DNA of 64,000 nt, taken from NCBI GenBank assembly GCA_014728035.1, contig WJMJ01000034.1, positions 1-64,000 on the forward strand, written 5' to 3'. The stretch comes from Promethearchaeota archaeon (GTDB taxonomy: Archaea; Asgardarchaeota; Thorarchaeia; Thorarchaeales; Thorarchaeaceae). How positions within the stretch are numbered: position 1 is the first letter of the stretch; each line of letters begins with the position of its first letter. Below the pieces are notes generated by a model. That model was not told the DNA's origin, made no database searches, and saw nothing but the letters and a program-made list of their open reading frames with translations. The position numbers and the translations under genes are program-made. This document shows positions 9,268-18,855 of the stretch, piece after piece.

Positions 9268-11184
9268 ATGCAAAATTCACGTTCGTTTTTTTTGGTCACC
9301 TTCTCTATTATAGTCGTGTCTATTTCTTTCATATCTCCAATACCACTAACTCAGCAAAATACATCGATTTCAGCTGAATACACTTATTCAAATTCAGAAG
9401 CTATTTGCATTAGAAATACAACAGAACTTGAAAACATGGGATTGCCAGGGCGAGGAACAGAAAGCAATCCATTTCTCATAGAGAATTTACATATCCAAGT
9501 ATCAAATTCCACCGCTCTAAACATATCGCAAATTGATGGATATTACATCGCTGTCAAGAATTGTCTTTTCGAGTCCTTAATGGGCTCTCAGTATGTAATC
9601 AGTCTCAGAAAAGTTAGCAATCTGATAATTGATAATTGCACATTATCTTGCAATGAAGCTCCTGCAATGAATGTAACAGAATGTAATAACTTGAAGATAT
9701 TAGACAGCAAGATAGATGGCGCAGGAATGATGTTTTGGTTCAGTGATAATCTTGAGCTAATCAATAACGAAATTGGTGATGTGATATCTTCAGAGACCAA
9801 TTATGCATCGATATCCCCATTAGCCCTAGTGTTTTCGGTACACATGGAAAATTGTACATTCGTAATATTCACTGAAAACTGGATATACAATACTCCTACC
9901 CATGGCATGTTTGTTCGGTATAGTAATAATTTAACAGCTGCCAACAATAGAATAGACTCTATAGCATCTTGGTCATTCTATTTTTCACGCAGCTATAATG
10001 TGAAGATATATGATAATATGATTAGAGATACTGGTTGGGTACCAATTCGAATTTATAAATCGTATAACTGTGACGTAATGAACAATATTATCCTTAGAAG
10101 TGGTGAATGGGGAATTTACATTGTAGAATCTCTTCAGATAAGAATCACCAAAAACACTATCAAATACACAGAATTCATGGGTATTGCATTAGAAAGCTCG
10201 ACCTCATGCACAATGATCCATAACAGTATTTTTTATGCTGAGTCTAATGGTATAAGAATTCTAGATTCTAATAAAATGTCTATCAAAAATAATTCAATTA
10301 TTGATTCTGCTTCTGACGGAATAAGAATCCATAATACCAGTGAAGTTGAAATTGACGAATGTTATATTGCTAATTCATTATATAACGGAATAGTTTTTGA
10401 AAGGTCAATCTACGTTTTCATATCAGATAGTTACATAACAGGATGCAGAGGTTCTGGAGTCTATTTCTATCGAACAAATTCGAGTGAGATTAATATGACC
10501 TGGAGCGTGGATAATTTTCTTTCAGGCATTCAATCAACGCAAAGCAATAACCTATCAATAACAAATAACTCTCTTTGCAGAAATGACGAATATGGGATAT
10601 CACTATCTGAAACAGAGTCATCGAAAATATATCACAACAGAATTGGACTCAATACTCAAAGTGCATTCGATGATTTAGGAAATAACCAATGGAATTATAC
10701 ACATTTTGGAAATAGATGGCATGATTTTCTAGGTCCTAGCGATTCATCAATTTCTATTGCGGGATCCTCAGAATCTTCAGATTTCCATGCATACCGATGG
10801 TTTAGAACTATTCCCAATATCACCTCAATATCTCCAAGCCAGATAATTAAACAAAACTTGGAAACCATTGTTTTTGAATTAGAAGCACCAAATTTAGAAT
10901 GGTACAGGATATATGTGAATAATGAAAAAATCGTTTCACATTGGGGGCCAGCTAACACAATACAGACTACTTTGAATCTAAGTGTCGGGCAGCATAACAT
11001 AACTATCAAGGTTATCAATGTATTTGGAGAAACTAATTCAATGTCACGAATAATAACAATTACTTCTGTTGAAGCTAATATTAGTGAAGAAATCTTAGTT
11101 TCAATTATTTTAATTTCGAGCGGGATTATCCAACTTGTTGCTGGCTCTATTCTGGTTCGTGAAACAAGAAAACTCAAAGAATGA
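9268..11184 (+). CDS. Membrane-anchored beta-helix (NosD-like) surface protein with no cytoplasmic domain
   Basis: GAGG RBS, signal peptide, GLPGRGTESNPFLIE cap, beta-helix rungs, GNRW, Ig-like stalk, C-terminal TM and short basic tail. Confidence 0.85.
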   Translation: MQNSRSFFLVTFSIIVVSISFISPIPLTQQNTSISAEYTYSNSEAICIRNTTELENMGLPGRGTESNPFLIENLHIQVSNSTALNISQIDGYYIAVKNCLFESLMGSQYVISLRKVSNLIIDNCTLSCNEAPAMNVTECNNLKILDSKIDGAGMMFWFSDNLELINNEIGDVISSETNYASISPLALVFSVHMENCTFVIFTENWIYNTPTHGMFVRYSNNLTAANNRIDSIASWSFYFSRSYNVKIYDNMIRDTGWVPIRIYKSYNCDVMNNIILRSGEWGIYIVESLQIRITKNTIKYTEFMGIALESSTSCTMIHNSIFYAESNGIRILDSNKMSIKNNSIIDSASDGIRIHNTSEVEIDECYIANSLYNGIVFERSIYVFISDSYITGCRGSGVYFYRTNSSEINMTWSVDNFLSGIQSTQSNNLSITNNSLCRNDEYGISLSETESSKIYHNRIGLNTQSAFDDLGNNQWNYTHFGNRWHDFLGPSDSSISIAGSSESSDFHAYRWFRTIPNITSISPSQIIKQNLETIVFELEAPNLEWYRIYVNNEKIVSHWGPANTIQTTLNLSVGQHNITIKVINVFGETNSMSRIITITSVEANISEEILVSIILISSGIIQLVAGSILVRETRKLKE

Positions 11185-11196
11185 CATTGTTGATAT

Positions 11197-13347
11197 TCAA
11201 TTCAAATCAATCATTATTTGAAAAAGCAGATATTCGGTATTTATTCTGTATTGAAATCGCTGTCTACCCCAATATAACCTAGTAGATTCCCTTTTTGAAA
11301 TTAGTGCGTTTTTCAATAGTAAATACACTACACCATTATGGCTATAGACCTGTCGTTTGGATACCTTAGCTCCCAAATGCATCTGATATTTGTTTCTCCA
11401 TCCGTATTTTTGTGGCATACGTGAATAGTCACTAATTGAATCTTGAAGGAATTCACGGAACAGGTAAGAAACAACGGAATACATCTCTCGATTTAGGATG
11501 CGTTTAAGAAAATTCCAACATTTGTCAATTGTAAGTTTTGAAATTATATGCTGTAAATTGATAATCAAGTATTGAGAGTGTGTTCGTACCAAAGTAGGTT
11601 TCCTAGTATATTCACGGAAAAGTAAAGCTGTTCCTATTGGAAATATAATAAGAATAAAAAGAATTGAAATTGGGTTTGAAATGGATAGAATTGACGTCGA
11701 AGGTTGTAATTCATAGTCAAACGTACTTGTGCTATTGATATTACCATCTTGGTCTTGGAGAATTATTTCAAATTGGATAACATTAAAACGCCCAATCATA
11801 ATATCTGATGACCAGCTACTCTCTCTTCGTGTCATCTGAATTATATTCCAGACATTGGACGCATCAACTGAATAATTCAAACTCATTATTTCAATTGAAG
11901 AATTAGTAGAGGCAGAAAAAGTGACATAAGACATATCCTGATAAATTTCCAAATCCAAAGATACCTGAGGGGGAATATAATTCATAAAGAACCTCTTACT
12001 AATTACAGTCTCAGCACTCATGATGGGGTATAAGTCTTGTAGCCCAAATGCAATTGTGTACGGTTCGTCTGCAATGAGATCTCCATCTTCATCTTCGCCC
12101 TGATGCGAGGAATAATAATTTCCGTATTTCGCATTACAGAATTTGATACTATTAAGCTCGGTCCCTTCGATAGGATCTGAGAAAGGTTGTATGAAAGCGT
12201 TCATGAAAACTCTTCCAGAACTTTCCCAAAAACCCAAAGCTGCATTCACAGATTGATTTATGACACTCCCAAAAATACAGATATCCTCTACTCTATTACA
12301 AGATATACCCCAACCCTGGGCCAATGTAATATCATTCAGAACTACGTCAATTGCTTCAGATTCATATATCTCAATTCCATTTCCAGATGAACAATATATA
12401 GAATTAGATGAAATGCTAATATCTTCAGCATATTCAATCGATATAGAATGACAAGTATCTAAGGTATTGTTTTCGATATAGCTATTTTTACACTCAAAGA
12501 AACGGATTCCCGAGATATTGGAGTGGATAATATGATTATTAACTAGAGTTGCATTTCTTGTTTTACGAACGTGGATTGCATTTTCATTAACCGAGTCAAG
12601 GATATTATGCGATATTTTGATATTGTTTGTGTTATCAACAAACACGCCATCGAAGTGTGATCCGATTACTGAATTATTTTCGATAGAAATTTCTGAACTC
12701 CGAATAACCTCAATCGCAATACCATTCGAGTTGAGTAGATTTCCAGAAAGGATAACGTCTGACCCATAGCTTAATTCAATCCCAATTTCTGAATCTGAAA
12801 TATTGTTATTATTTAGTTGTATGTTTTCAGTGTCATGGATTTTTATTGCTACTTGAGGATGATTGAAGAAAGTGCAATTTTGAATCACCGAGTCAACACC
12901 ACTAATATGAATTAGTTCCTTTGTTGTGTATCCTGCATAGAACTCACATCTGGTCAATTCGATACTAGAACCCTCCTCAGATACGAGATACCACTCGAAA
13001 TCGCCTACGGACTTGACACATGTATCTTCTAAATTTAGGAAACCACCGTTAGTTATTATGATGTTACAATAATCTTGAGTAGCAATAATTGTGCAATTAT
13101 CAAAGAGTATCCGTTCATCTTCGGAAATATACATTGATGTTTCCAGTTCGATAATTTCATCTCGGTAAATACTTGTAAAATCAGAATTTATCCGTCCAAT
13201 CATGGTAGCTTCTAAATTTGTGGAATATGGCATGGACTCTTGAAACATACTAGTAGAATTGGTAACTATTTGAATGAAAAATAGAGATATCGCTAAGATA
13301 GAAAAAGCATGTCTGAAGTTAATCACCACCCTTCTCAACTGCCACAC
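11197..13347 (-). CDS. Receptor-like protein: extracellular beta-helix, TM helix, cytoplasmic winged-helix-like domain
   Basis: Signal peptide, beta-helix rungs, GNYY...DGDLIADEPY end motif, TM (ISILFILIIFPIGTALLF), then ~135 aa with GWRNKYQM...VYSHNG...WGRQRFQYRI. The true start may be a GTG near 13326-13329. Confidence 0.8.
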   Translation of the reverse strand: MWQLRRVVINFRHAFSILAISLFFIQIVTNSTSMFQESMPYSTNLEATMIGRINSDFTSIYRDEIIELETSMYISEDERILFDNCTIIATQDYCNIIITNGGFLNLEDTCVKSVGDFEWYLVSEEGSSIELTRCEFYAGYTTKELIHISGVDSVIQNCTFFNHPQVAIKIHDTENIQLNNNNISDSEIGIELSYGSDVILSGNLLNSNGIAIEVIRSSEISIENNSVIGSHFDGVFVDNTNNIKISHNILDSVNENAIHVRKTRNATLVNNHIIHSNISGIRFFECKNSYIENNTLDTCHSISIEYAEDISISSNSIYCSSGNGIEIYESEAIDVVLNDITLAQGWGISCNRVEDICIFGSVINQSVNAALGFWESSGRVFMNAFIQPFSDPIEGTELNSIKFCNAKYGNYYSSHQGEDEDGDLIADEPYTIAFGLQDLYPIMSAETVISKRFFMNYIPPQVSLDLEIYQDMSYVTFSASTNSSIEIMSLNYSVDASNVWNIIQMTRRESSWSSDIMIGRFNVIQFEIILQDQDGNINSTSTFDYELQPSTSILSISNPISILFILIIFPIGTALLFREYTRKPTLVRTHSQYLIINLQHIISKLTIDKCWNFLKRILNREMYSVVSYLFREFLQDSISDYSRMPQKYGWRNKYQMHLGAKVSKRQVYSHNGVVYLLLKNALISKRESTRLYWGRQRFQYRINTEYLLFQIMIDLN

Positions 13348-13381
13348 CTATCGATATTATCCACACCTATCGATATTATCC
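13342..13381. repeat. Perfect 19-bp tandem direct repeat (2 copies)
   Basis: CCACACCTATCGATATTAT at 13342-13360 and 13361-13379, plus CC. Each copy contains the palindrome TATCGATA. Confidence 0.9.
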
Positions 13382-13587
13382 GATGGTGATTTGTATTTTA
13401 TATTAATTGTGCCGTTCTATCTTGATTCATAAGTCATGGAATGCTATTTTTACAACGTTCCTAATAATTTCCAGTCGATACCACAAGGATTTATACAAGT
13501 TACACAAATATTTCTAGTTGAGGTCGCGATACAATTGAAATATGCTTTATGCTATCCTCAATTACTAGCGACTGGGAGATAATCGAA

Positions 13588-13761
13588 ATGAGCAAGAAAA
13601 TCAAAAAGTTCGTGAGTGTCATTGGCGGTAAGATGGATGTAACATGCGATGAGTGCGGCGGCAAAATGCGCCCTGGTGGTCATTATCAACTAGATCATGG
13701 CGATGATAGCTACCAATTCTGTAGCGAGAAGTGTATGGAAGCTTACGAAGGCAAGATGTAA
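13588..13761 (+). CDS. Small TRASH/YHS-like metal-binding (zinc ribbon) protein
   Basis: CDECG...YQFCSEKC (CxxC...FCSxxC); GGAG RBS before ATG 13588. Confidence 0.7.
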   Translation: MSKKIKKFVSVIGGKMDVTCDECGGKMRPGGHYQLDHGDDSYQFCSEKCMEAYEGKM

Positions 13762-13779
13762 AGACTATAGAGAATTATT

Positions 13780-13811
13780 GGGGTCTCTCCGACCCCTATC
13801 TAAATTTTTTT
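13780..13811 (+). terminator. Stem-loop plus T-tract between convergent genes
   Basis: GGGGTC-TCTCC-GACCCC followed by TATCTAAATTTTTTT. Confidence 0.55.
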
Positions 13812-15251
13812 CTAATGATGATGTTCATGTCCATCAAGTGGAGACATCGCTCCAAATGCTCTCTGTACAATTTCTGGTAAAGCAGGATGGATATGTATTG
13901 CGCGGAACATTGGCATGAAACTTCGATTCTCAGTATACATAAGGTTAACAATCTCTTGAATGAGAATTGGAGCATAAGGTCCAATTATGGTCGCTCCTAG
14001 TATCTCTCCAGATTTTCTATCAGCAATCACGCGAACAAATCCATTTGGCCGACCCATGGCCATTCCCTTGGCTGAATCCTCGTAAGCATTTTTTCCAACC
14101 AACAATTCTTTGTCTGTTTCTTTTGCTTCGCGTAATGTCATTCCGACGGTCGCTATTTGCGGATAAGAGAACACCGCTCTGGGAATTGCATGATAACTCA
14201 TACTGGCTAATTCAACCTGGTCGCTACCTTCTTCTTCTGCATTCATGACCTGAGAGATATTATGTTGAACGATTTGAGACTGGTCATTCGCAACATGACG
14301 AAACATATCATGTCCAAGTGCATCTCCAAAGGCCCAGATGTTCTTCTTGGAGGTTCTAAAAAATTCATCTACTTCAATCCAGCCCTTCTCATCAGTCTTG
14401 ACTCCTGTCTTCTCTGGTTTGAAAAGGTCTGCATTCGATTGCCGTCCCGTTGCAATTAACAGAGTTTCTGCTTTGAATTTTTTAGTCTTTCCAGATGATC
14501 TGTCTTTTGCAATGACAATTTTCATACCATTCTTTTCGTTAACCTCTATAACTTCGTGGTCAGTAAATATGTCCATCCGCTTTGATAATTCACCTTTTAA
14601 TAACTCGGACACATCCTCATCCTCTTCGGGAACCAGATACTTATTTCTTCCAAGGATAGTAACCTCAACACCCATTGCATCAAAGAAATGTGCGAACTCA
14701 GTTGCAACATAACCACCTCCAACAATAATCATCGACTGAGGTTTCTTCTTCATATCCATCAGAGTCTTGTTTGTGTGATATTCTACATTTTCTATACCCT
14801 TAATGGGAGGGATGAGTGGTCTAGCTCCAGCAGCAATTATGATATGCGGTGCAGTGATTTTCTCATCTCCAACCTTCACCGTATAGTCATCAACAAATTC
14901 ACCCGTAACCTCATACCAATCATAGTTCTCAGCTGATCTAATAGATTCAGCCATTTTACTAGAATCAGGTCTAACCTCATCTCTCATTCTATCCATGATG
15001 CCTTCAAAATCAATAGATTCTGCTTCAAACTTGACTCCTAATTTTTCAGCATGTTTTGCTTGTTCTACAAGATCAGCGACATAGGTCAGAATCTTTGTGG
15101 GAATGCACCCTCTATTCAGACAAGTACCACCCATCCTGCCATGTTCAACTAATGCTACTTCTAGTCCTCGTGAATACATAGAAGAAGCAACGTTCGTTCC
15201 TGCACCAGAACCTATTACAATTAGGTCATATTCTTTCATTGTGTAACCCAA
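13812..15251 (-). CDS. Class I pyridine nucleotide-disulfide oxidoreductase (dihydrolipoamide dehydrogenase / mycothione reductase-like)
   Basis: YDLIVIGSG, GGTCLNRGCIPTK redox disulfide, IVGGGYV, ATGR, AFGD, HIHPALPE; probable start ATG 15239. Confidence 0.9.
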   Translation of the reverse strand: MGYTMKEYDLIVIGSGAGTNVASSMYSRGLEVALVEHGRMGGTCLNRGCIPTKILTYVADLVEQAKHAEKLGVKFEAESIDFEGIMDRMRDEVRPDSSKMAESIRSAENYDWYEVTGEFVDDYTVKVGDEKITAPHIIIAAGARPLIPPIKGIENVEYHTNKTLMDMKKKPQSMIIVGGGYVATEFAHFFDAMGVEVTILGRNKYLVPEEDEDVSELLKGELSKRMDIFTDHEVIEVNEKNGMKIVIAKDRSSGKTKKFKAETLLIATGRQSNADLFKPEKTGVKTDEKGWIEVDEFFRTSKKNIWAFGDALGHDMFRHVANDQSQIVQHNISQVMNAEEEGSDQVELASMSYHAIPRAVFSYPQIATVGMTLREAKETDKELLVGKNAYEDSAKGMAMGRPNGFVRVIADRKSGEILGATIIGPYAPILIQEIVNLMYTENRSFMPMFRAIHIHPALPEIVQRAFGAMSPLDGHEHHH

Positions 15252-15431
15252 CTCTTTCTAAACTATTGTTTAATATTGTTCAATATTGATAAACTTGCTG
15301 TTTTATGAAGGTTGATGAAAAAATGAATTTACACTGTGTTGGAGCCAACAGATTAATAATTCAATTAAAGCTCGCAAGACCTGCATGAAATCAACTAAAA
15401 ATCAGTCATGCATCAGAATGGAGGAAAAACC

Positions 15432-15653
15432 ATGAAAATTACTCAGACTGCAAAAGAGTATTTGACAGACTGGAAAAATCTAGCCACACATGCCATTGTC
15501 GGAATTGTTTTGATGTTAGTGATCTTTGTAATTCCAGTTCATATACATTTTCGAATTAGCATACTGGTCTCAGTTGTATTCATCAACATGTACAGAATGA
15601 GATTAGAAAATTCAGAAGATACTGATATTAGAGAAGATATCGATTTAGAGTAA
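15432..15653 (+). CDS. Small two-TM membrane protein
   Basis: GGAGGA RBS before ATG 15432; two hydrophobic helices and an acidic tail. Confidence 0.6.
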   Translation: MKITQTAKEYLTDWKNLATHAIVGIVLMLVIFVIPVHIHFRISILVSVVFINMYRMRLENSEDTDIREDIDLE

Positions 15654-15723
15654 CATTGAGGATTTTAAATCAAATAAACAGCAATAGTTCAATAAGAAAG
15701 AAAATATAGACTACTGGGAACCA

Positions 15724-16803
15724 GTGATGCAGAGTCTTTATCCAATATATTTCATCGGATTCATATCTGCATTGTTATTATTCATAGCTTTTATTGTCAT
15801 AACTAGATTGTTCATCAGAGAGAGATTTAGTTTTGCCCTATACTTGATGGCAATGACCTTCTTTCCTCTATTGTGGGTTGTACTTTCTATGTTTGGAAAG
15901 GCATCAAACTCGTCTGATTTAGAGATACTTGCGATTGTAATTATGGTACCAATGGGATTCTTCTTTGTAATGCTGTTTGATTCATTAACTCGCGAAACAG
16001 TTGATCCTATCAAAATGTCATATGTTTCGATTATGGCTGGTATCTTTTTCCTATCAAGTATTTTACAACTATCGCATAGTAGCTTTGATTTATTCACACA
16101 GTATGGCAGGGATATCATCTTTTTTGTAAGATATATTTCATGGAATCTCTATTCTGCTCCTCTAGGCATACTCTGGATATACTACACATTGAAAATCTAT
16201 CAAATCACTCCCTCGAAACAGAAAAATTATGCTGCAATTAGCTTTTTAGGAGCTGTATTGGTGGGTATCATAAATCCGATTTTAGTAATAACACAAATTG
16301 GGTATACCATTGGTCTTCACATGCTTGCTTTTTCAACAGGTGTTTTTCTTAGTGCTATTGCATGGGCTAAAGAACCAAAACTTGCATATGTACTTCCCTT
16401 CAAAGCACTAAGGTTGGCAGTAGTTGAAACAAAAGGAGGATTACCCCTTTTCACTCATATATGGAATGACGAAGGTATATTCAAAGACACCTCAATGTTT
16501 ACTAGCATAATTCAAGCAGTAACGATTTTCATTGACGAAACAATGGAACGAGGTAGCATCAACGAGATTCATTTGGAAGAAGCGATGATTATTGTGATGC
16601 AAGATGCAAATTATGATATTGCATCAATCCTAGTTACTTCAAAAGTATCTCAGATACTGAGAAGATCCCTCGAGAAGTTTACCCGTGAATTCTTAAAGGT
16701 ATACGATAATTATCTAGAACATTCATATGACCTAGAGAAATTCAAGAGCGCTAAAAGATTAGTCAAGAAACATTTTAGATTTATTCCAGAATATAGTATC
16801 TAG
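15724..16803 (+). CDS. Multi-pass (~7 TM) membrane protein with a C-terminal longin/roadblock-like soluble domain
   Basis: About 7 hydrophobic segments, then LAVVETKGGLPLF...IIQAV..F..E...GSINEIHLE...L..F...F...Y...F....LV..HF, the beta-beta-alpha-beta-beta-beta-alpha-alpha pattern of longin-like domains. Confidence 0.65.
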   Translation: MMQSLYPIYFIGFISALLLFIAFIVITRLFIRERFSFALYLMAMTFFPLLWVVLSMFGKASNSSDLEILAIVIMVPMGFFFVMLFDSLTRETVDPIKMSYVSIMAGIFFLSSILQLSHSSFDLFTQYGRDIIFFVRYISWNLYSAPLGILWIYYTLKIYQITPSKQKNYAAISFLGAVLVGIINPILVITQIGYTIGLHMLAFSTGVFLSAIAWAKEPKLAYVLPFKALRLAVVETKGGLPLFTHIWNDEGIFKDTSMFTSIIQAVTIFIDETMERGSINEIHLEEAMIIVMQDANYDIASILVTSKVSQILRRSLEKFTREFLKVYDNYLEHSYDLEKFKSAKRLVKKHFRFIPEYSI

Positions 16804-16814
16804 TCTTTAACACA

Positions 16815-17753
16815 TCAGATATCGTAAAATCGATGAGCATTATTCCAATAGATATTCTCTAAAACTTCAAGAGGTAGATCAAGGCCGTTGATGAAGGTGC
16901 CACCAGAATCTTCTGTGTCTTTATCAATAAAGGGAAGTGGTTCATCACGAACATCGGTTTCCCACAGAAGGCGTTGAGCAACATAACGACCTTCATAGTA
17001 ATCGCGTTTACCTCTATTTGTACCAACATCGGTGCCGAATAAGATTCGGTCAGAATATTCGATTATGAAACTTCTAGCTGCATCTACGTTCTTGCTCAAC
17101 TCACGAGCCATCCAACGAGATGAGGCTGTGTCAAGAACAATATTTGGAAATCGCTTCATCCAGCTGGATAGATTTTCTAATCTATGAATCTCAGGTTGAG
17201 ACCCGAAATGAGCTATCTGTAATTTCAAAGTTGGATGTCTAGTTAAAACATTCTCCAGTTGAATAAGATTCTCCTTTTTTGTTCCATAGACTGAAGCATC
17301 TGAATATACAGTCTGGAAGTAGGTATCGGGGTCTCCAACATGGATGATTAAAGGGATTTGGTCCTGTTCTATTTTGTTGAAGAATGGATCAAGTTTCATG
17401 TTATCTAATCGAAAATGATTGTTCGCATGCTCAACGTAATCCCGCCATCTTGGTCCAAACCACATCTTAACCAACGAGAATCCCTCTTGAGATAAATTCG
17501 CGATTTCATCAAGCAATTTGGAAACATTGTAACGAATGGTTTCACTAGTAGGAAGATATTTTGCAAATACAAATTTTTCAGGGTATTTTGATTTTGCCTT
17601 TTCAAGAGCTTCTGGAGTATGGATAATTCCAATCTGTTTTCTTATACCAAATTTCTCTTCGATATCAATCATATTTGAGAGCCCTTCATGTCCAATATGT
17701 GTATGAGCATCAAATATCGCGCCAGAATACTTCCATTCAATCGTCACTTTCAT
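16815..17753 (-). CDS. Amidohydrolase family (Amidohydro_2) metal-dependent hydrolase
   Basis: DAHTH, IIHVGD, IAHFG, LDTAS, RILFGTD, IYWNNA. Confidence 0.85.
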   Translation of the reverse strand: MKVTIEWKYSGAIFDAHTHIGHEGLSNMIDIEEKFGIRKQIGIIHTPEALEKAKSKYPEKFVFAKYLPTSETIRYNVSKLLDEIANLSQEGFSLVKMWFGPRWRDYVEHANNHFRLDNMKLDPFFNKIEQDQIPLIIHVGDPDTYFQTVYSDASVYGTKKENLIQLENVLTRHPTLKLQIAHFGSQPEIHRLENLSSWMKRFPNIVLDTASSRWMARELSKNVDAARSFIIEYSDRILFGTDVGTNRGKRDYYEGRYVAQRLLWETDVRDEPLPFIDKDTEDSGGTFINGLDLPLEVLENIYWNNAHRFYDI

Positions 17754-17829
17754 TCACTTTGTAAGCAGAATAGAGCTTGAAAAGGAATTCTCTATCAGCA
17801 TATTCTTTTGAAGGAAATCTGGATAGCTC

Positions 17830-17860
17830 AAAAGAAAAATGTGCTCCAAGAAAATGGAGC
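17830..17860 (-). terminator. Stem-loop plus U-rich tract after the ferric-reductase-like gene
   Basis: GCTCCA-N6-TGGAGC (17843-17860) directly after the stop, then ACATTTTTCTTTT on the minus strand. Confidence 0.5.
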
Positions 17861-18472
17861 TCACTTCATTCTTTTCCAAACAACATATCGCTTGTAAACG
17901 AGGACTATAAGAGATAGAACCATCATCGAGCTGAATAAGACGAAAATACCTGGATTCTGAAAATCAGTGCCAATCAACACACCGTGAATATACGCTAAGA
18001 GAAGGGCTATGTAAATTGAACCATGGAGTATTTTCCAATATTTAGGAATCATTCTTCTAGCAAATCCAGCAAATAGAACAATATAGATGATGTATATAGC
18101 AGGTCTTCCTCCCAAAATGAGAAAATTCTCTAGAGAAGACACATCAGGAATAAACACAGCTAAGTTCATTTGAGAAATAGCGAGTGCCAACGGATGAATA
18201 GTGATAAGAATCAGACCAACTATTGCAAATAGATGATGAATCTTAACAAAAGGCTTTGAGAATATTTTGTAAATCTGTCTAGTAAAACTTGATAGTATTG
18301 ATGCAACGAATAATGAAACAAATCCAGTTAGAGCTGCAACACGAATAATCGAATCGAATACATTGGTAGAAGGATTCAATACGACAGGAAGTATTGCTGC
18401 CGCAAATAGAACGATAATGCTCAGGATAATGAGTATCTGCTTTCTTTGATTGTCAATTTCCATAGATGTCAA
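17861..18472 (-). CDS. Ferric reductase-like transmembrane (heme b) protein, MsrQ-like
   Basis: 6 TM helices with conserved His pairs: KIHH...TIHP and WKILH...YIHG; AGGAG RBS. Confidence 0.75.
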   Translation of the reverse strand: MTSMEIDNQRKQILIILSIIVLFAAAILPVVLNPSTNVFDSIIRVAALTGFVSLFVASILSSFTRQIYKIFSKPFVKIHHLFAIVGLILITIHPLALAISQMNLAVFIPDVSSLENFLILGGRPAIYIIYIVLFAGFARRMIPKYWKILHGSIYIALLLAYIHGVLIGTDFQNPGIFVLFSSMMVLSLIVLVYKRYVVWKRMK

Positions 18473-18855
18473 TGCTCCTAGGTACTAAGATAATAAGATA
18501 AAAAGAATACTTGAAAGTATTGATTGGGATGAATGTAATTTTTTGCCTAAAAATTCCATCTCAGCTTTTACATAATAATTCATGGCGCCAAGTAAATCAA
18601 TGATAACATGCCTCTATTTATCCACCAATTCAATTGTCATCAGGTTATCCATAGAGAGGAGAAGCAGTAGGTATCAATTAATTGTGCGAAATACGGATGG
18701 TCAAGTATAGAAAAGTCAATATGAAGCAAAACGTTCTGGATGGTAAAGAAACAACTGAGAAAGTAGACCTTGTGAATACATATTCTATTTCTTTTTTTGA
18801 ATACTACAGCAACCTTAAGAACACCTACCTATTGATAGCAAGTGAGGTCTCAAAA

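Noticed and set aside
13342-13381. CRISPR array
   Set aside because: Only two directly abutting 19-bp copies with no spacer, and no cas genes in the window.
13812-15251. Mercuric reductase (merA), suggested by the neighbouring TRASH-like protein
   Set aside because: No C-terminal Cys-Cys pair and no N-terminal HMA domain; the genes are convergent, not operonic.
18682-18855. N-terminal extensions given by the ORF track for thrS (likewise 20848, 30314, 32183, 45545, 48506)
   Set aside because: Family homology and RBS positions point to downstream starts at 18856, 20884, 30263, 32309, 45815 and 48518.
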